Assembly (NCBI GenBank): GCA_050735675.1 | Contig: JBOHVN010000252.1 | Location: 223 to 64,222, forward strand | Direction: 5' to 3' | From: Candidatus Binatia bacterium | Lineage (GTDB): Bacteria > Desulfobacterota > Binatia > UBA9968 | Length of the DNA: 64,000 nt | Part shown: positions 30,074 through 38,258 of the stretch, one piece after another | Position numbering within the stretch: the first letter of the stretch is position 1 | How the letters are laid out: each line of letters opens with the position of its first letter | Program-made: the position numbers and the translations under genes | The notes under the pieces: generated by a model | Database searches by the model: none | Told to the model about the DNA's origin: nothing | What the model saw: only the letters and a program-made list of their open reading frames with translations

Positions 30074-31051
30074 ATGAACCTGTTGGAAATCCGCAATCTA
30101 AAAAAACACTTTCCCGTCGGCGAAGGATTGTTCTCGCGCAACAAAGGCGCCGTCAAGGCCGTCGACGGCGTCAACCTGGCCGTCAACGAGGGCGAGACCC
30201 TCGGCCTGGTCGGCGAATCGGGCTGCGGCAAGTCGACTCTCGGACGGACGATCTTGCGGCTTATCGAACCGACCGGCGGCGAAGTCATTTTCGAGGGAAA
30301 AAACCTCCTCTCGATGTCCCAGCGCGAGCTACGTGACATGCGCCGCGAAATGCAAATTATCTTTCAGGACCCCTACGCGTCGCTCAATCCGCGCATGCGC
30401 GTCGGCGATATCGTCGGCGAAGGCTTGGAGATTCACAAGCTCGCCAAAGGCAAGGCCAAGCGTGACCGAGTGATGGAGTTGCTCCACCAAGTGGGTTTGC
30501 GTGAAGATCATTACGGCCGCTACCCGCATGAGTTCAGCGGCGGGCAGCGCCAGCGCATCGGCATCGCCCGGGCGCTCGCCGTCAGCCCCAGGTTTATCGT
30601 CTGCGACGAGCCGGTGTCGTCGCTCGACGTTTCCATTCAGGCGCAGATCATCAATCTTTTGCAGGAACTGCAGGAAAAGATGCATCTCACCTATCTTTTC
30701 ATCTCGCACGACTTGCGCGTGGTGGAGCACATCAGCCATCGCGTCGCGATCATGTATCTCGGCAAGGTTGTCGAGATCGCCAATAGCGAGACGATCTATC
30801 GCGACGCCAAACACCCGTACACGCGCGCGCTGCTCTCCGCCGTGCCGATGCCCGACACCAACCGGAAAAAAGAGCGGGTGGTGCTGGAAGGCGACGTACC
30901 AAGCCCGGTGAATCCGCCGCCCGGCTGCACTTTTCACCCGCGTTGCGCTTACCGCGCCGCGCTCTGCAGCCAGACCGAACCGCCGCTCGATTTTGACGCC
31001 GATCGCCACGGCGTGGCCTGCCATGTTTTTGGCCCGATAAAGCGGGCATGA
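30074..31051 (+). CDS. Peptide ABC transporter ATP-binding protein (OppF/DppF-like)
   Basis: Walker A is GESGCGKST, the signature is FSGGQRQR, and Walker B is FIVCDEPVS. Confidence 0.9.
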   Translation: MNLLEIRNLKKHFPVGEGLFSRNKGAVKAVDGVNLAVNEGETLGLVGESGCGKSTLGRTILRLIEPTGGEVIFEGKNLLSMSQRELRDMRREMQIIFQDPYASLNPRMRVGDIVGEGLEIHKLAKGKAKRDRVMELLHQVGLREDHYGRYPHEFSGGQRQRIGIARALAVSPRFIVCDEPVSSLDVSIQAQIINLLQELQEKMHLTYLFISHDLRVVEHISHRVAIMYLGKVVEIANSETIYRDAKHPYTRALLSAVPMPDTNRKKERVVLEGDVPSPVNPPPGCTFHPRCAYRAALCSQTEPPLDFDADRHGVACHVFGPIKRA

Positions 31052-31231
31052 GCCGCGTTCAGGCGTAATAATCCATACGTATCGAACCAACGTGAATCGG
31101 TGATTTCGTCGAATTGAGCATGATTGCGATTAATACAAAACGGCGTCTCCGATGCCTCCGAATTGTCGCGCGAACGACTGGAATTCCACCCTTTGGCCAA
31201 GATTCGCCGCGCCAACATGTTTTGATCGGAG

Positions 31232-31259
31232 TTGAATTTGTTGCCGTCGATGCTAGAAT
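31232..31259 (+). promoter_or_regulatory. Sigma70-type promoter of greA
   Basis: TTGAAT, then a 16-nt spacer, then TAGAAT. Confidence 0.5.
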
Positions 31260-31305
31260 CAACCTAGAGATTGGCAGCAGGTGAAATACCGACGATTTTT
31301 GAAGG

Positions 31306-31340
31306 CCTCTCGGGAGCGATTCCGAGGGGTTTTTATTTTA
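31306..31340 (+). terminator. Intrinsic terminator/attenuator inside the greA leader
   Basis: The stem is cctctcgg/ccgagggg (8 bp including one G-U) with loop gagcgatt, followed by tttttatttta. It lies between the promoter and the greA SD. Confidence 0.5.
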
Positions 31341-31356
31341 TCGAGGAGTGGACGAC

Positions 31357-31839
31357 ATGGCAGAAGCAAGCGTGCCGATGACGAGCAAGGGATACCAATT
31401 TTTGGTGGAGGAACTGAAGCGCTTAAAGACCGTTGAGCGGCCGAAAAATATTCGTGAGATCGAGGAGGCGCGCGGCCACGGCGACCTTTCGGAGAACGCC
31501 GAATTCCACGCCGCCAAGGAGCGCCAATCGCTGCTCGATCTGCAGATTCGCGAAATCGAAGACAAGCTTGCCCGTGCTCAAGTCATCGAGGTTGCCAAAC
31601 TCTCCGGCGATAAAGTCGTCTTCGGCGCCACCGTGTCTCTGGCCGATGGTGACACGGGTGATAAGGTGGTATATCAGATCGTCGGCGATCACGAAGCGGA
31701 GCCCAAGAACGGCAAGATTTCGATCAGCTCGCCGGTCGCTCGCGCCTTGATCGGCAAGAGCGGAGGAGACGAAGTCCAAGTGCGCACGCCGACAGGTGTC
31801 CGGACTTTCGATATACTCAGCGTGGAATACATCGAATAA
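31357..31839 (+). CDS. greA: Transcription elongation factor GreA
   Basis: The sequence HGDLSENAEFHAAKERQ... is followed by the C-terminal SISSPVARALIGK. The ATG lies 8 nt after gaggag. The track ORF starts at GTG 31348. Confidence 0.9.
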   Translation: MAEASVPMTSKGYQFLVEELKRLKTVERPKNIREIEEARGHGDLSENAEFHAAKERQSLLDLQIREIEDKLARAQVIEVAKLSGDKVVFGATVSLADGDTGDKVVYQIVGDHEAEPKNGKISISSPVARALIGKSGGDEVQVRTPTGVRTFDILSVEYIE

Positions 31840-31881
31840 AGTCGTTGCCACGAGTGGGACGGGCCATTCTGGAAAGGAAAC

Positions 31882-33909
31882 ATGTCCTTTTCAGCCATAC
31901 GCATTGCGTTAAATCTCTCCTCCCGACGGCGCCCCCGTTCCCGGCGCCCGCCTCAATGTATCGATTGCAAGTCTAGGCTAGACGCGCGGTTAATTGCCGC
32001 TGGCCCGCTCCTCTTTTTCCTTTTACTCGGAGCATTCGTCCCGACGCCGGCGCGGTCGGAGATTTTGATCGAGCCCCGCGTCGGCTTTCATGGCGTCTTT
32101 CAGCTCGGGCGGCCGTTTCCGCTCGAGGTTGAGCTAAGCAACACCGGCCGGCCGGTGGAAGGGATGCTGGAAGTCCAGGTCTGGAAGGGCGGCGCGACCA
32201 AAGGGGGTGCGCCGTATCTGGCCAACTACCGGCGCGAGATTTTTCTCGCCGGGCAGTCGCGCAAATCCGTTCAGCTCACCGTCGACCCTGATTTTATCAG
32301 CCGGCCGTTATCCATCAAATTCACCGCCGCCGAGGCTAATGCGAAGCGCGAGATTGATTTGCGCCGGCATTTCTCTCCGGCGCCCGTCCTCTTGCTGATG
32401 AGCGGCAACAGCGCGTTTCCGCCCATCGCGCTCACGGCGATGACGCAAAGCCGGCTGGTTACTGTATCCCCCGGCGAGCTTGCCGCCGATTCGCGCGCGC
32501 TGCTCGGCGTGTCCCATTTGATTCTCTATGATCAGTCGCTGCGCGAGCTGTCGCGCGCGCAGCTTCTTGCTCTCGATAACTGGCTTACCGCCGGCGGCCG
32601 GATGGTGATCATCGGCAGCCTGAACTACGCGCTCTACCAGGAGCCGGCGCTGGCGCGCTTTCTGCCCGTCCGCGTGAGCGGCGCCAAGCAGGTTTCGTTC
32701 GCGCCGGCGCCGGACAACCATCCGCCGGCGGCGATCCTCCCCGGCGTATGGGCACAGGCCTCGACCATTGTCAGCGGTAAAGCGCTCGCTGAGATAGACG
32801 GAATTCCCATGCTCGTGGAAACCAGCCGCGGCCGCGGGCGGATTACTTATCTCGCTCTCGATATTGGCCGTCCGCCGCTGTCGAAATGGGAAGGTTTGCC
32901 GAAATTTTTACAGCCTCTGCTGGCGCCCGCCGGCGCCGAGGAGCCGCTGCCGCGCACCGAATGGAGCGATGCGGTGTTTAATCAGTTGATCGCCAGCCCG
33001 AAGTTCATCGCCACCTACGTGCCTTCCGCCTCGCTCTTCCTTGCTATGACCGGTTATTTGCTCGGCATCGGCGCATTTGCCTGGCTGTGGCAAAAAAAAC
33101 GCGTGGCGCCGCGCCGATTGCTCGTCGCCCTGGTGGCGTTCGTCACCGCCGGCACAGCGGCGGGTTACATCCATTTTAGTCATGGCGGCAATATTCCCGA
33201 CGGCGTGCTGCTGGTTTCCACTGTGCTGGAAAACAGCGGCGACGGCTTCGTCGACACGCAGGCCAATCTGGCCTTGTTCTCGACCCAACTGCGCCAATAC
33301 GATTTGCAGCTCGAGCGCGGTTGGATCGATCTGACGCCGGTCACCAGCCGCGCGCGCGATACCGCGGAGCCCGCGGTCGTCACCCAGGACGCCGGCGGCG
33401 CCACCCGCTACCGCTTACCGCTGCGCGAGTGGGATTACCGTTTGTATCGCTTGCGCCGCGTCGACCGTTTCGCCGTCGGCGCGGAATTCGAGGCGCACGG
33501 CGATCGCTTGGTCATGCACGTGAATAATCGCAGTGGCAAGGATCTGGTCAACTGTTGGCTGTTGGTGCCGGGACAACGCTTCGATATCGGCGTGGTGCCG
33601 CGCGGCGCGAGCCTGCGCCAGGTTTTTCCGCTGTCGAACGGCAAAGCCATCGACGCGGCTGGAGTGGCGCGCGCGGGAACTCTGAACTTGCGCGAGCTGA
33701 CGTTTGCCGACAAGACGCGTGATATCTTGTTTCACTCCTCGATGTTCCCGCGCGACGGTGACGCGCGCTGGATGGGCGGCGCGGCGGTTTTCTTCGGCTG
33801 GGTAAAAGACCCCGAGCCGCGCGTGCGCATTGACGATCCGCGCATTCAGGCGCAAGATTACGCGCTGTTCCGGGCTATTTTTCCGCTGCCGGGAGAGGAG
33901 GAGGAATGA
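31882..33909 (+). CDS. Large envelope protein: signal/anchor, beta-rich domain, GATase1-like (GldG-type) segment, two TM helices, C-terminal domain
   Basis: 675 aa. The hydrophobic N-terminus reads LIAAGPLLFFLLLGAFV. The segment SHLILYDQSL...LDNWLTAGGRMVIIGS resembles a segment of the 1469-aa protein. TM helices lie near LFLAMTGYLLGIGAFAWLW and LLVALVAFVTAGTAAGYI. Confidence 0.55.
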   Translation: MSFSAIRIALNLSSRRRPRSRRPPQCIDCKSRLDARLIAAGPLLFFLLLGAFVPTPARSEILIEPRVGFHGVFQLGRPFPLEVELSNTGRPVEGMLEVQVWKGGATKGGAPYLANYRREIFLAGQSRKSVQLTVDPDFISRPLSIKFTAAEANAKREIDLRRHFSPAPVLLLMSGNSAFPPIALTAMTQSRLVTVSPGELAADSRALLGVSHLILYDQSLRELSRAQLLALDNWLTAGGRMVIIGSLNYALYQEPALARFLPVRVSGAKQVSFAPAPDNHPPAAILPGVWAQASTIVSGKALAEIDGIPMLVETSRGRGRITYLALDIGRPPLSKWEGLPKFLQPLLAPAGAEEPLPRTEWSDAVFNQLIASPKFIATYVPSASLFLAMTGYLLGIGAFAWLWQKKRVAPRRLLVALVAFVTAGTAAGYIHFSHGGNIPDGVLLVSTVLENSGDGFVDTQANLALFSTQLRQYDLQLERGWIDLTPVTSRARDTAEPAVVTQDAGGATRYRLPLREWDYRLYRLRRVDRFAVGAEFEAHGDRLVMHVNNRSGKDLVNCWLLVPGQRFDIGVVPRGASLRQVFPLSNGKAIDAAGVARAGTLNLRELTFADKTRDILFHSSMFPRDGDARWMGGAAVFFGWVKDPEPRVRIDDPRIQAQDYALFRAIFPLPGEEEE

Positions 33910-34652
33910 AAGACAATCCCGTCTGGCGCGAAAGCCTCGACGTCTACTTCGGCGAAGGGCATGGATTCGCGGTCTATTTTTATATGCTGGTGATCCTCGC
34001 CCCGGTGGAATTCCTGTCCTTGTATGTGCCGTCCTTGGACGCGCAGATGTGGAGCGGATCGGCGAGTCTGTTTAAAGTTTCGGCGATAACGGCATTGGTG
34101 CTCATGGTCTATTTCGCTTTGCGCGTGGCCAATCAAGAATTCGCGCCGTGGCGCTTCAAGCCGCTCAAACACTGGCTGCGCGACCAGGCGCAGCCCGTCG
34201 ATTCGGTAAGCCGGGCTCAGTTGTACTTTCTCCTGGTGCATGTCGGAGTGTCGCTCTTGCTGTGCGGGCCGTTTTTGATTTGGGCCGGCGCCATCGCGCG
34301 CACACCGCTTGCGATCATCGCCTTGACCCTGCTGCTCTTGCCGTTTTACGCCCTGACTTACGGGGTCTGGGGCCTGGCGACATTGGCGCTTTGGGAGCGC
34401 CGCATCGAGAGCCGCCAGGTTTTTATTCGCAGCTTCTTTGTTTGCTTGGTTTTTCTGTCGGCGCTTTTTTACCTGCCATTAAACCCGGTGGCGTTTGTCC
34501 TCGCCCTGCTTAGCCGCCAGGAACTGCCGCCGCTGTCGCTCTTCAGTTGGCAATGGTCCGGAACTATGGTGCACCTGACTTTTCATTTTTTCCTCGGCGC
34601 CGTTGGTTACGCCACACACCGCTGGGCGCTAGCGCGGAGGCCGTTGTTGTGA
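33906..34652 (+). CDS. Polytopic membrane protein (about 6 TM, ABC-2-permease-like by eye)
   Basis: 248 aa. The ATG overlaps the previous stop (ATGA). Confidence 0.6.
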   Translation: MKDNPVWRESLDVYFGEGHGFAVYFYMLVILAPVEFLSLYVPSLDAQMWSGSASLFKVSAITALVLMVYFALRVANQEFAPWRFKPLKHWLRDQAQPVDSVSRAQLYFLLVHVGVSLLLCGPFLIWAGAIARTPLAIIALTLLLLPFYALTYGVWGLATLALWERRIESRQVFIRSFFVCLVFLSALFYLPLNPVAFVLALLSRQELPPLSLFSWQWSGTMVHLTFHFFLGAVGYATHRWALARRPLL

Positions 34653-36073
34653 GCACGGTAACGGATCGCCTCAAGAGTAAGCTCGCCGAGCAGATGGGCT
34701 GGGAGCGGAGGAAACGACGCGAGCAGATCTGCGCCGGCGCACTTTGCGCGGCGTTCGCTCTGGCGCTGGTGATTTTTCCGCTGCACGTTTTGTTGCCGAT
34801 CGGCTGGCTGCGCTGGCTCGTGCCGGTCGTTTTGTTCGGCGCGCTGGCGCCATGCTTCTTTTACCGGCGCCGCTGGGAGCGCCTGGACGACGCGCGTGCG
34901 GCAGCTTTGCTCGATAAGGCGCTCGCGCTCGAGGAGCGCGCCGTGACCGCGTGGGAATTGTCAGAGCGCGCCGAGTCGAGCCCGGCGGCGCAGCTAGTTT
35001 TCAAACAGGCCCAGGACAGGCTGCGCTTGATCGAACCGCGCACGCTCTTCCCGCGCCGCTGGACTTGGCCGGCGTATCTCGCCCTGCCGCTTTTCTTTCT
35101 TTGGTTTACCCTGCTATGGCTCGATTTTGACCGCTGGGATTTTTCCGCCGATCGCTCCTCGGCGCCGCCGGCGCTGGCGCAGAAGGCGCGCGAATATTCG
35201 CGCGAGCTCCAGGAAAAAGCCCGGGACGAAGGCTTGCGCGAAAGCCTCAAGATGGGCCAGGAGCTTGAGAAAGTCGCGCGCGCGGGGATTGAAAACAAGA
35301 CAGCCGACGAGTCGTTCAAAAAAGATCTGGCCGGGATGACCAAAAAATTCGAGGAGGCGGCGAATTCGGGCAACGAAAAAGATTCCTTCTCAGCGGCGGA
35401 AAGCCAGCAGAGCCTCCAGGACCTCAAAGCTGAGCTCGCGGCGGCGCGCGATCTCGCGCAACTCCCCGATCTGCCCAAGGGCGCTGAAGAGTTCGGCCGG
35501 CAATGGATGGAGCAGTTGGCGACGTTGCCGCAACTCAAGCGGCGGTTGGATAAGGCGGACCGAGCCGGGCAGAGTCCGGCGCGAAGCGAGCTTAAGTCAT
35601 ACCTCGATAAACTCGACCAACAGGTGACCAGCGAGTTGGATCGACGGGCGTTGTTGGATGCGCAGCAATATCTGCAGCAGATGATGAATCAAGGCCAGGG
35701 GCAGAAAGGCGAGAATTTGGCGCGCCGCAGCGGTCCAGGCGAAGAAGATCCGGCGGCCGACGGCGTCAAGGAGAAGAATCACAACAGTCTGCCTGGCAAG
35801 GAGCCGGGAAAGCGTGCCGAAGAATATCGTTCGCTGCCGGAGTTTCGCGCCGACGCGTCGACTGAAGTGAAAGGGGCGCTCGGCGAGGGCGAGAGCACGT
35901 CATTGTTTTTCAAAGGGAAACCGATGCCGGGAAAGAGCACGGTCGCGCCGGAGGAGGTGGTCGCTTCCTATCGCCGGCAGGCCGAGCAAGAGCTGAATTC
36001 TGAGCGCGTACCCGAGGCGCTCAAAGAGACGATCAAAAACTATTTTTTGTCGCTGGGAGAGGGGAACAAGTGA
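34649..36073 (+). CDS. Membrane-anchored coiled-coil/charged protein (DUF4175-like by recollection)
   Basis: The GTG overlaps the previous stop (GTGA). There are three hydrophobic segments, then a long E/K/Q-rich region and the C-terminal VPEALKETIKNYFLSL. The track ORF begins further upstream, at 34547. Confidence 0.55.
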   Translation: MSTVTDRLKSKLAEQMGWERRKRREQICAGALCAAFALALVIFPLHVLLPIGWLRWLVPVVLFGALAPCFFYRRRWERLDDARAAALLDKALALEERAVTAWELSERAESSPAAQLVFKQAQDRLRLIEPRTLFPRRWTWPAYLALPLFFLWFTLLWLDFDRWDFSADRSSAPPALAQKAREYSRELQEKARDEGLRESLKMGQELEKVARAGIENKTADESFKKDLAGMTKKFEEAANSGNEKDSFSAAESQQSLQDLKAELAAARDLAQLPDLPKGAEEFGRQWMEQLATLPQLKRRLDKADRAGQSPARSELKSYLDKLDQQVTSELDRRALLDAQQYLQQMMNQGQGQKGENLARRSGPGEEDPAADGVKEKNHNSLPGKEPGKRAEEYRSLPEFRADASTEVKGALGEGESTSLFFKGKPMPGKSTVAPEEVVASYRRQAEQELNSERVPEALKETIKNYFLSLGEGNK

Positions 36074-36087
36074 ATGCACGGAACGGG

Positions 36088-36144
36088 TTGGAGTAATGGA
36101 GTATTGGAGTGATGGGTTTCCGATCCCAACACTCCAACTTCTCC
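36088..36144. repeat. REP-like element: 8-nt tandem (ggagtaat/ggagtatt/ggagtgat) plus inverted arm
   Basis: The left part is ttggagtaatggagtattggagtgatggg. The right arm is cccaacactccaacttctcc. The stem is 12 bp with one mismatch. Confidence 0.6.
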
Positions 36145-36183
36145 GCTGTCATGTCGGTTGAGAGCCTGAGGAGAATCTAGCCT

Positions 36184-37191
36184 ATGGATCCAGCTACGGA
36201 GATCGAGCGACGGATCGAGAGCGCGCGCCGCTCATTTAACGAGGTTAAGTCGGAGATGGCGCGGGTGATCGTCGGCCATGAAGAGCTGATCGAGCAGGTG
36301 TTCATCGCGCTGGTGTGCGGCGGCCACTGCTTGCTCGAAGGCGTGCCGGGCTTGGGCAAGACTCTAATGGTGCGCCGTCTTGGTGAAATCTTGAGCCTCA
36401 GTTTCTCGCGCATTCAATTCACGCCCGATCTCATGCCTGCGGATATCACCGGGACGAACATGCTCACGGATGATCCTGCGGGGCGCAAGGTGTTCGACTT
36501 TCAGCGTGGCCCGGTGTTCGCGAACATTGTCCTGGCCGATGAAATCAACCGCGCTACGCCGAAGACGCAGTCGGCGCTGTTGGAAGCGATGCAGGAGCAG
36601 AGCGTCACGGTCGGCGGCAAGCTCCATCGCCTGGAAAGTCCGTTCATGGTGCTGGCAACGCAAAATCCGATTGAGATGGAGGGGACCTATCCGCTACCGG
36701 AGGCGCAGGTGGACCGGTTCTTCTTTAAATTGCTGCTGCAATACCCCAGCCGTGAGGAACTGGGCCGCATCGCCGATCTCACCACTGCGGCGCCGCCGCC
36801 GGCGGTGCATGAGATCTTGGACGGGCCGGCGATCATGCATATGCGCCAGTGGGTGCGCGAAGTGCCGCTGGCGGATGTGGTCAAAGATTATGCGGTTGGT
36901 TTGGTGCTGAGCACCCATCCGCATGAAAAACAGGGCAACGGCACCGGCGGCTTGGCGCAGAAATTCGTTCTTTATGGATCGAGCCCGCGCGGACTTCAGA
37001 GCCTGATCTTGGCGGCCAAGGCGCGCGCGCTGTTCGCCGGCCGGCCGAATGTTTCCTTCGACGATATTCGCAGCGTGTTACTGCCGAGCTTGCGCCATCG
37101 CTTGATTCTCAATTTGGAAGCCGACGCCGAGGGCGTCAACGCGGAAAAGATTTTGAGTGAGATCGTCGCCCGGGTGGCGGAAATGCCGTAA
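36184..37191 (+). CDS. MoxR-family AAA+ ATPase
   Basis: Walker A is GVPGLGKT and Walker B is LADEINRA. The gene is about 330 aa, with the typical LMPADITG motif. Confidence 0.92.
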   Translation: MDPATEIERRIESARRSFNEVKSEMARVIVGHEELIEQVFIALVCGGHCLLEGVPGLGKTLMVRRLGEILSLSFSRIQFTPDLMPADITGTNMLTDDPAGRKVFDFQRGPVFANIVLADEINRATPKTQSALLEAMQEQSVTVGGKLHRLESPFMVLATQNPIEMEGTYPLPEAQVDRFFFKLLLQYPSREELGRIADLTTAAPPPAVHEILDGPAIMHMRQWVREVPLADVVKDYAVGLVLSTHPHEKQGNGTGGLAQKFVLYGSSPRGLQSLILAAKARALFAGRPNVSFDDIRSVLLPSLRHRLILNLEADAEGVNAEKILSEIVARVAEMP

Positions 37192-37226
37192 GAGTTATGA
37201 GTTTCGAGTTTCGAGTTTCGAGTTTA
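37192..37226. repeat. Heptamer tandem repeat (gagttWY x5)
   Basis: The units are gagttat gagtttc gagtttc gagtttc gagttta. The array starts right after the moxR stop and contains the only ATG of the next ORF. It continues into further REP-like sequence (37288-37316 and 37352-37380). Confidence 0.8.
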
Positions 37227-38255
37227 GAAAAGGCACCGGCGCGGGTCGCCGAAGTCGCTGCGAAATTTCTGCGGAGTGTTAGCAGAAAGATCCCTCGCTT
37301 TGCTCGGGATGACAAGGCGAGCGGGAGGGAGCGGGCATCCCTTGCGGCAGCCGAACCCGAGACCCGAGACACGAAACCCGGGACATTTTTCGACACCGAA
37401 TTCCTGCGCAAGCTCGAGCGCCTGCATCTGGTCGCCAAACGCTTGAGTTGGGCCGGCGCCAAGGGCGAGCATGCGGCGTCGCGCAAAGGTTTCAGCTTGG
37501 AGTTCTCCGACTACCGGCGCTACCAGCGTGGCGACGACCTGCGCTACGTCGACTGGAATATTTACCGGCGGCTCGAGCGCCTGTTGCTCAAAGTGTTTAC
37601 CTCGGAAGAAGAGATGAACATTTATCTCCTGGTCGACACCAGCCGGTCGATGGCCGAGGGCGCGCCGGTGAAAATCGATTATGCCAAGAAGGTTGCGGCG
37701 GCGCTGGGCTACATCGGTCTTAAGAATCTCGACCGCGTCGGCGGCGCATCCTTTTCCGCGCGTCTGCATGCGCCATTGACCTTGGGGCGCGGCAGAAAAC
37801 AAATTCTCAGCCTGTTTGGCTTTCTCGCCAAGCTTTCGTGCAGCGGCGAAACCGATCTGCGCGCGGCGATCCATGCTTTTACCAATCTGTTTCCCCATCC
37901 GGGTTTCGTCGTCATCGTCAGCGACCTGTTCGATCCGATCGGTTGGCGCGCCGCGCTCGAAGAGCTGACGGCGAAACGCTACCAGCTGCTGGTTATTCAC
38001 ATCGTCGACGAGCGAGAAATCGGGCCCGAGCCCTGGGGCGACGTCGCTTTGATCGACGTCGAGGGCGGGCGCGAGCGCAAGCTCTTTCTCGACGCCGAGC
38101 TGGTCCGGCGCTTTAAGGCGGAAGTCGCCGGTTATTTCGAAGAAGTCGAAACCATGTGCGCCGCCCGCGGCATCGATTACCTGCGCACAACGACGCAGGT
38201 GCCCTTCGAGGAGTTCGTTTTGCAGACGCTGCGCCAGGTGAGCAGCGTGGCGTGA
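37197..38255 (+). CDS. DUF58-domain protein (MoxR partner)
   Basis: The sequence GFSLEFSDYRRYQRGDDLRYVDWN...LLVDTSRSM is the DUF58 signature. The first 60 or so codons are repeat-derived, so the start is uncertain. Confidence 0.8.
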   Translation: MSFEFRVSSLEKAPARVAEVAAKFLRSVSRKIPRFARDDKASGRERASLAAAEPETRDTKPGTFFDTEFLRKLERLHLVAKRLSWAGAKGEHAASRKGFSLEFSDYRRYQRGDDLRYVDWNIYRRLERLLLKVFTSEEEMNIYLLVDTSRSMAEGAPVKIDYAKKVAAALGYIGLKNLDRVGGASFSARLHAPLTLGRGRKQILSLFGFLAKLSCSGETDLRAAIHAFTNLFPHPGFVVIVSDLFDPIGWRAALEELTAKRYQLLVIHIVDEREIGPEPWGDVALIDVEGGRERKLFLDAELVRRFKAEVAGYFEEVETMCAARGIDYLRTTTQVPFEEFVLQTLRQVSSVA

Positions 38256-38258
38256 GTT

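Noticed and set aside
37192-37226. The tandem heptamers and nearby repeats, considered as a possible CRISPR array or minisatellite with spacers.
   Set aside because: The units are 7 nt with no spacers, there are only 5 copies, and no cas genes are present. It is a REP-type microrepeat.
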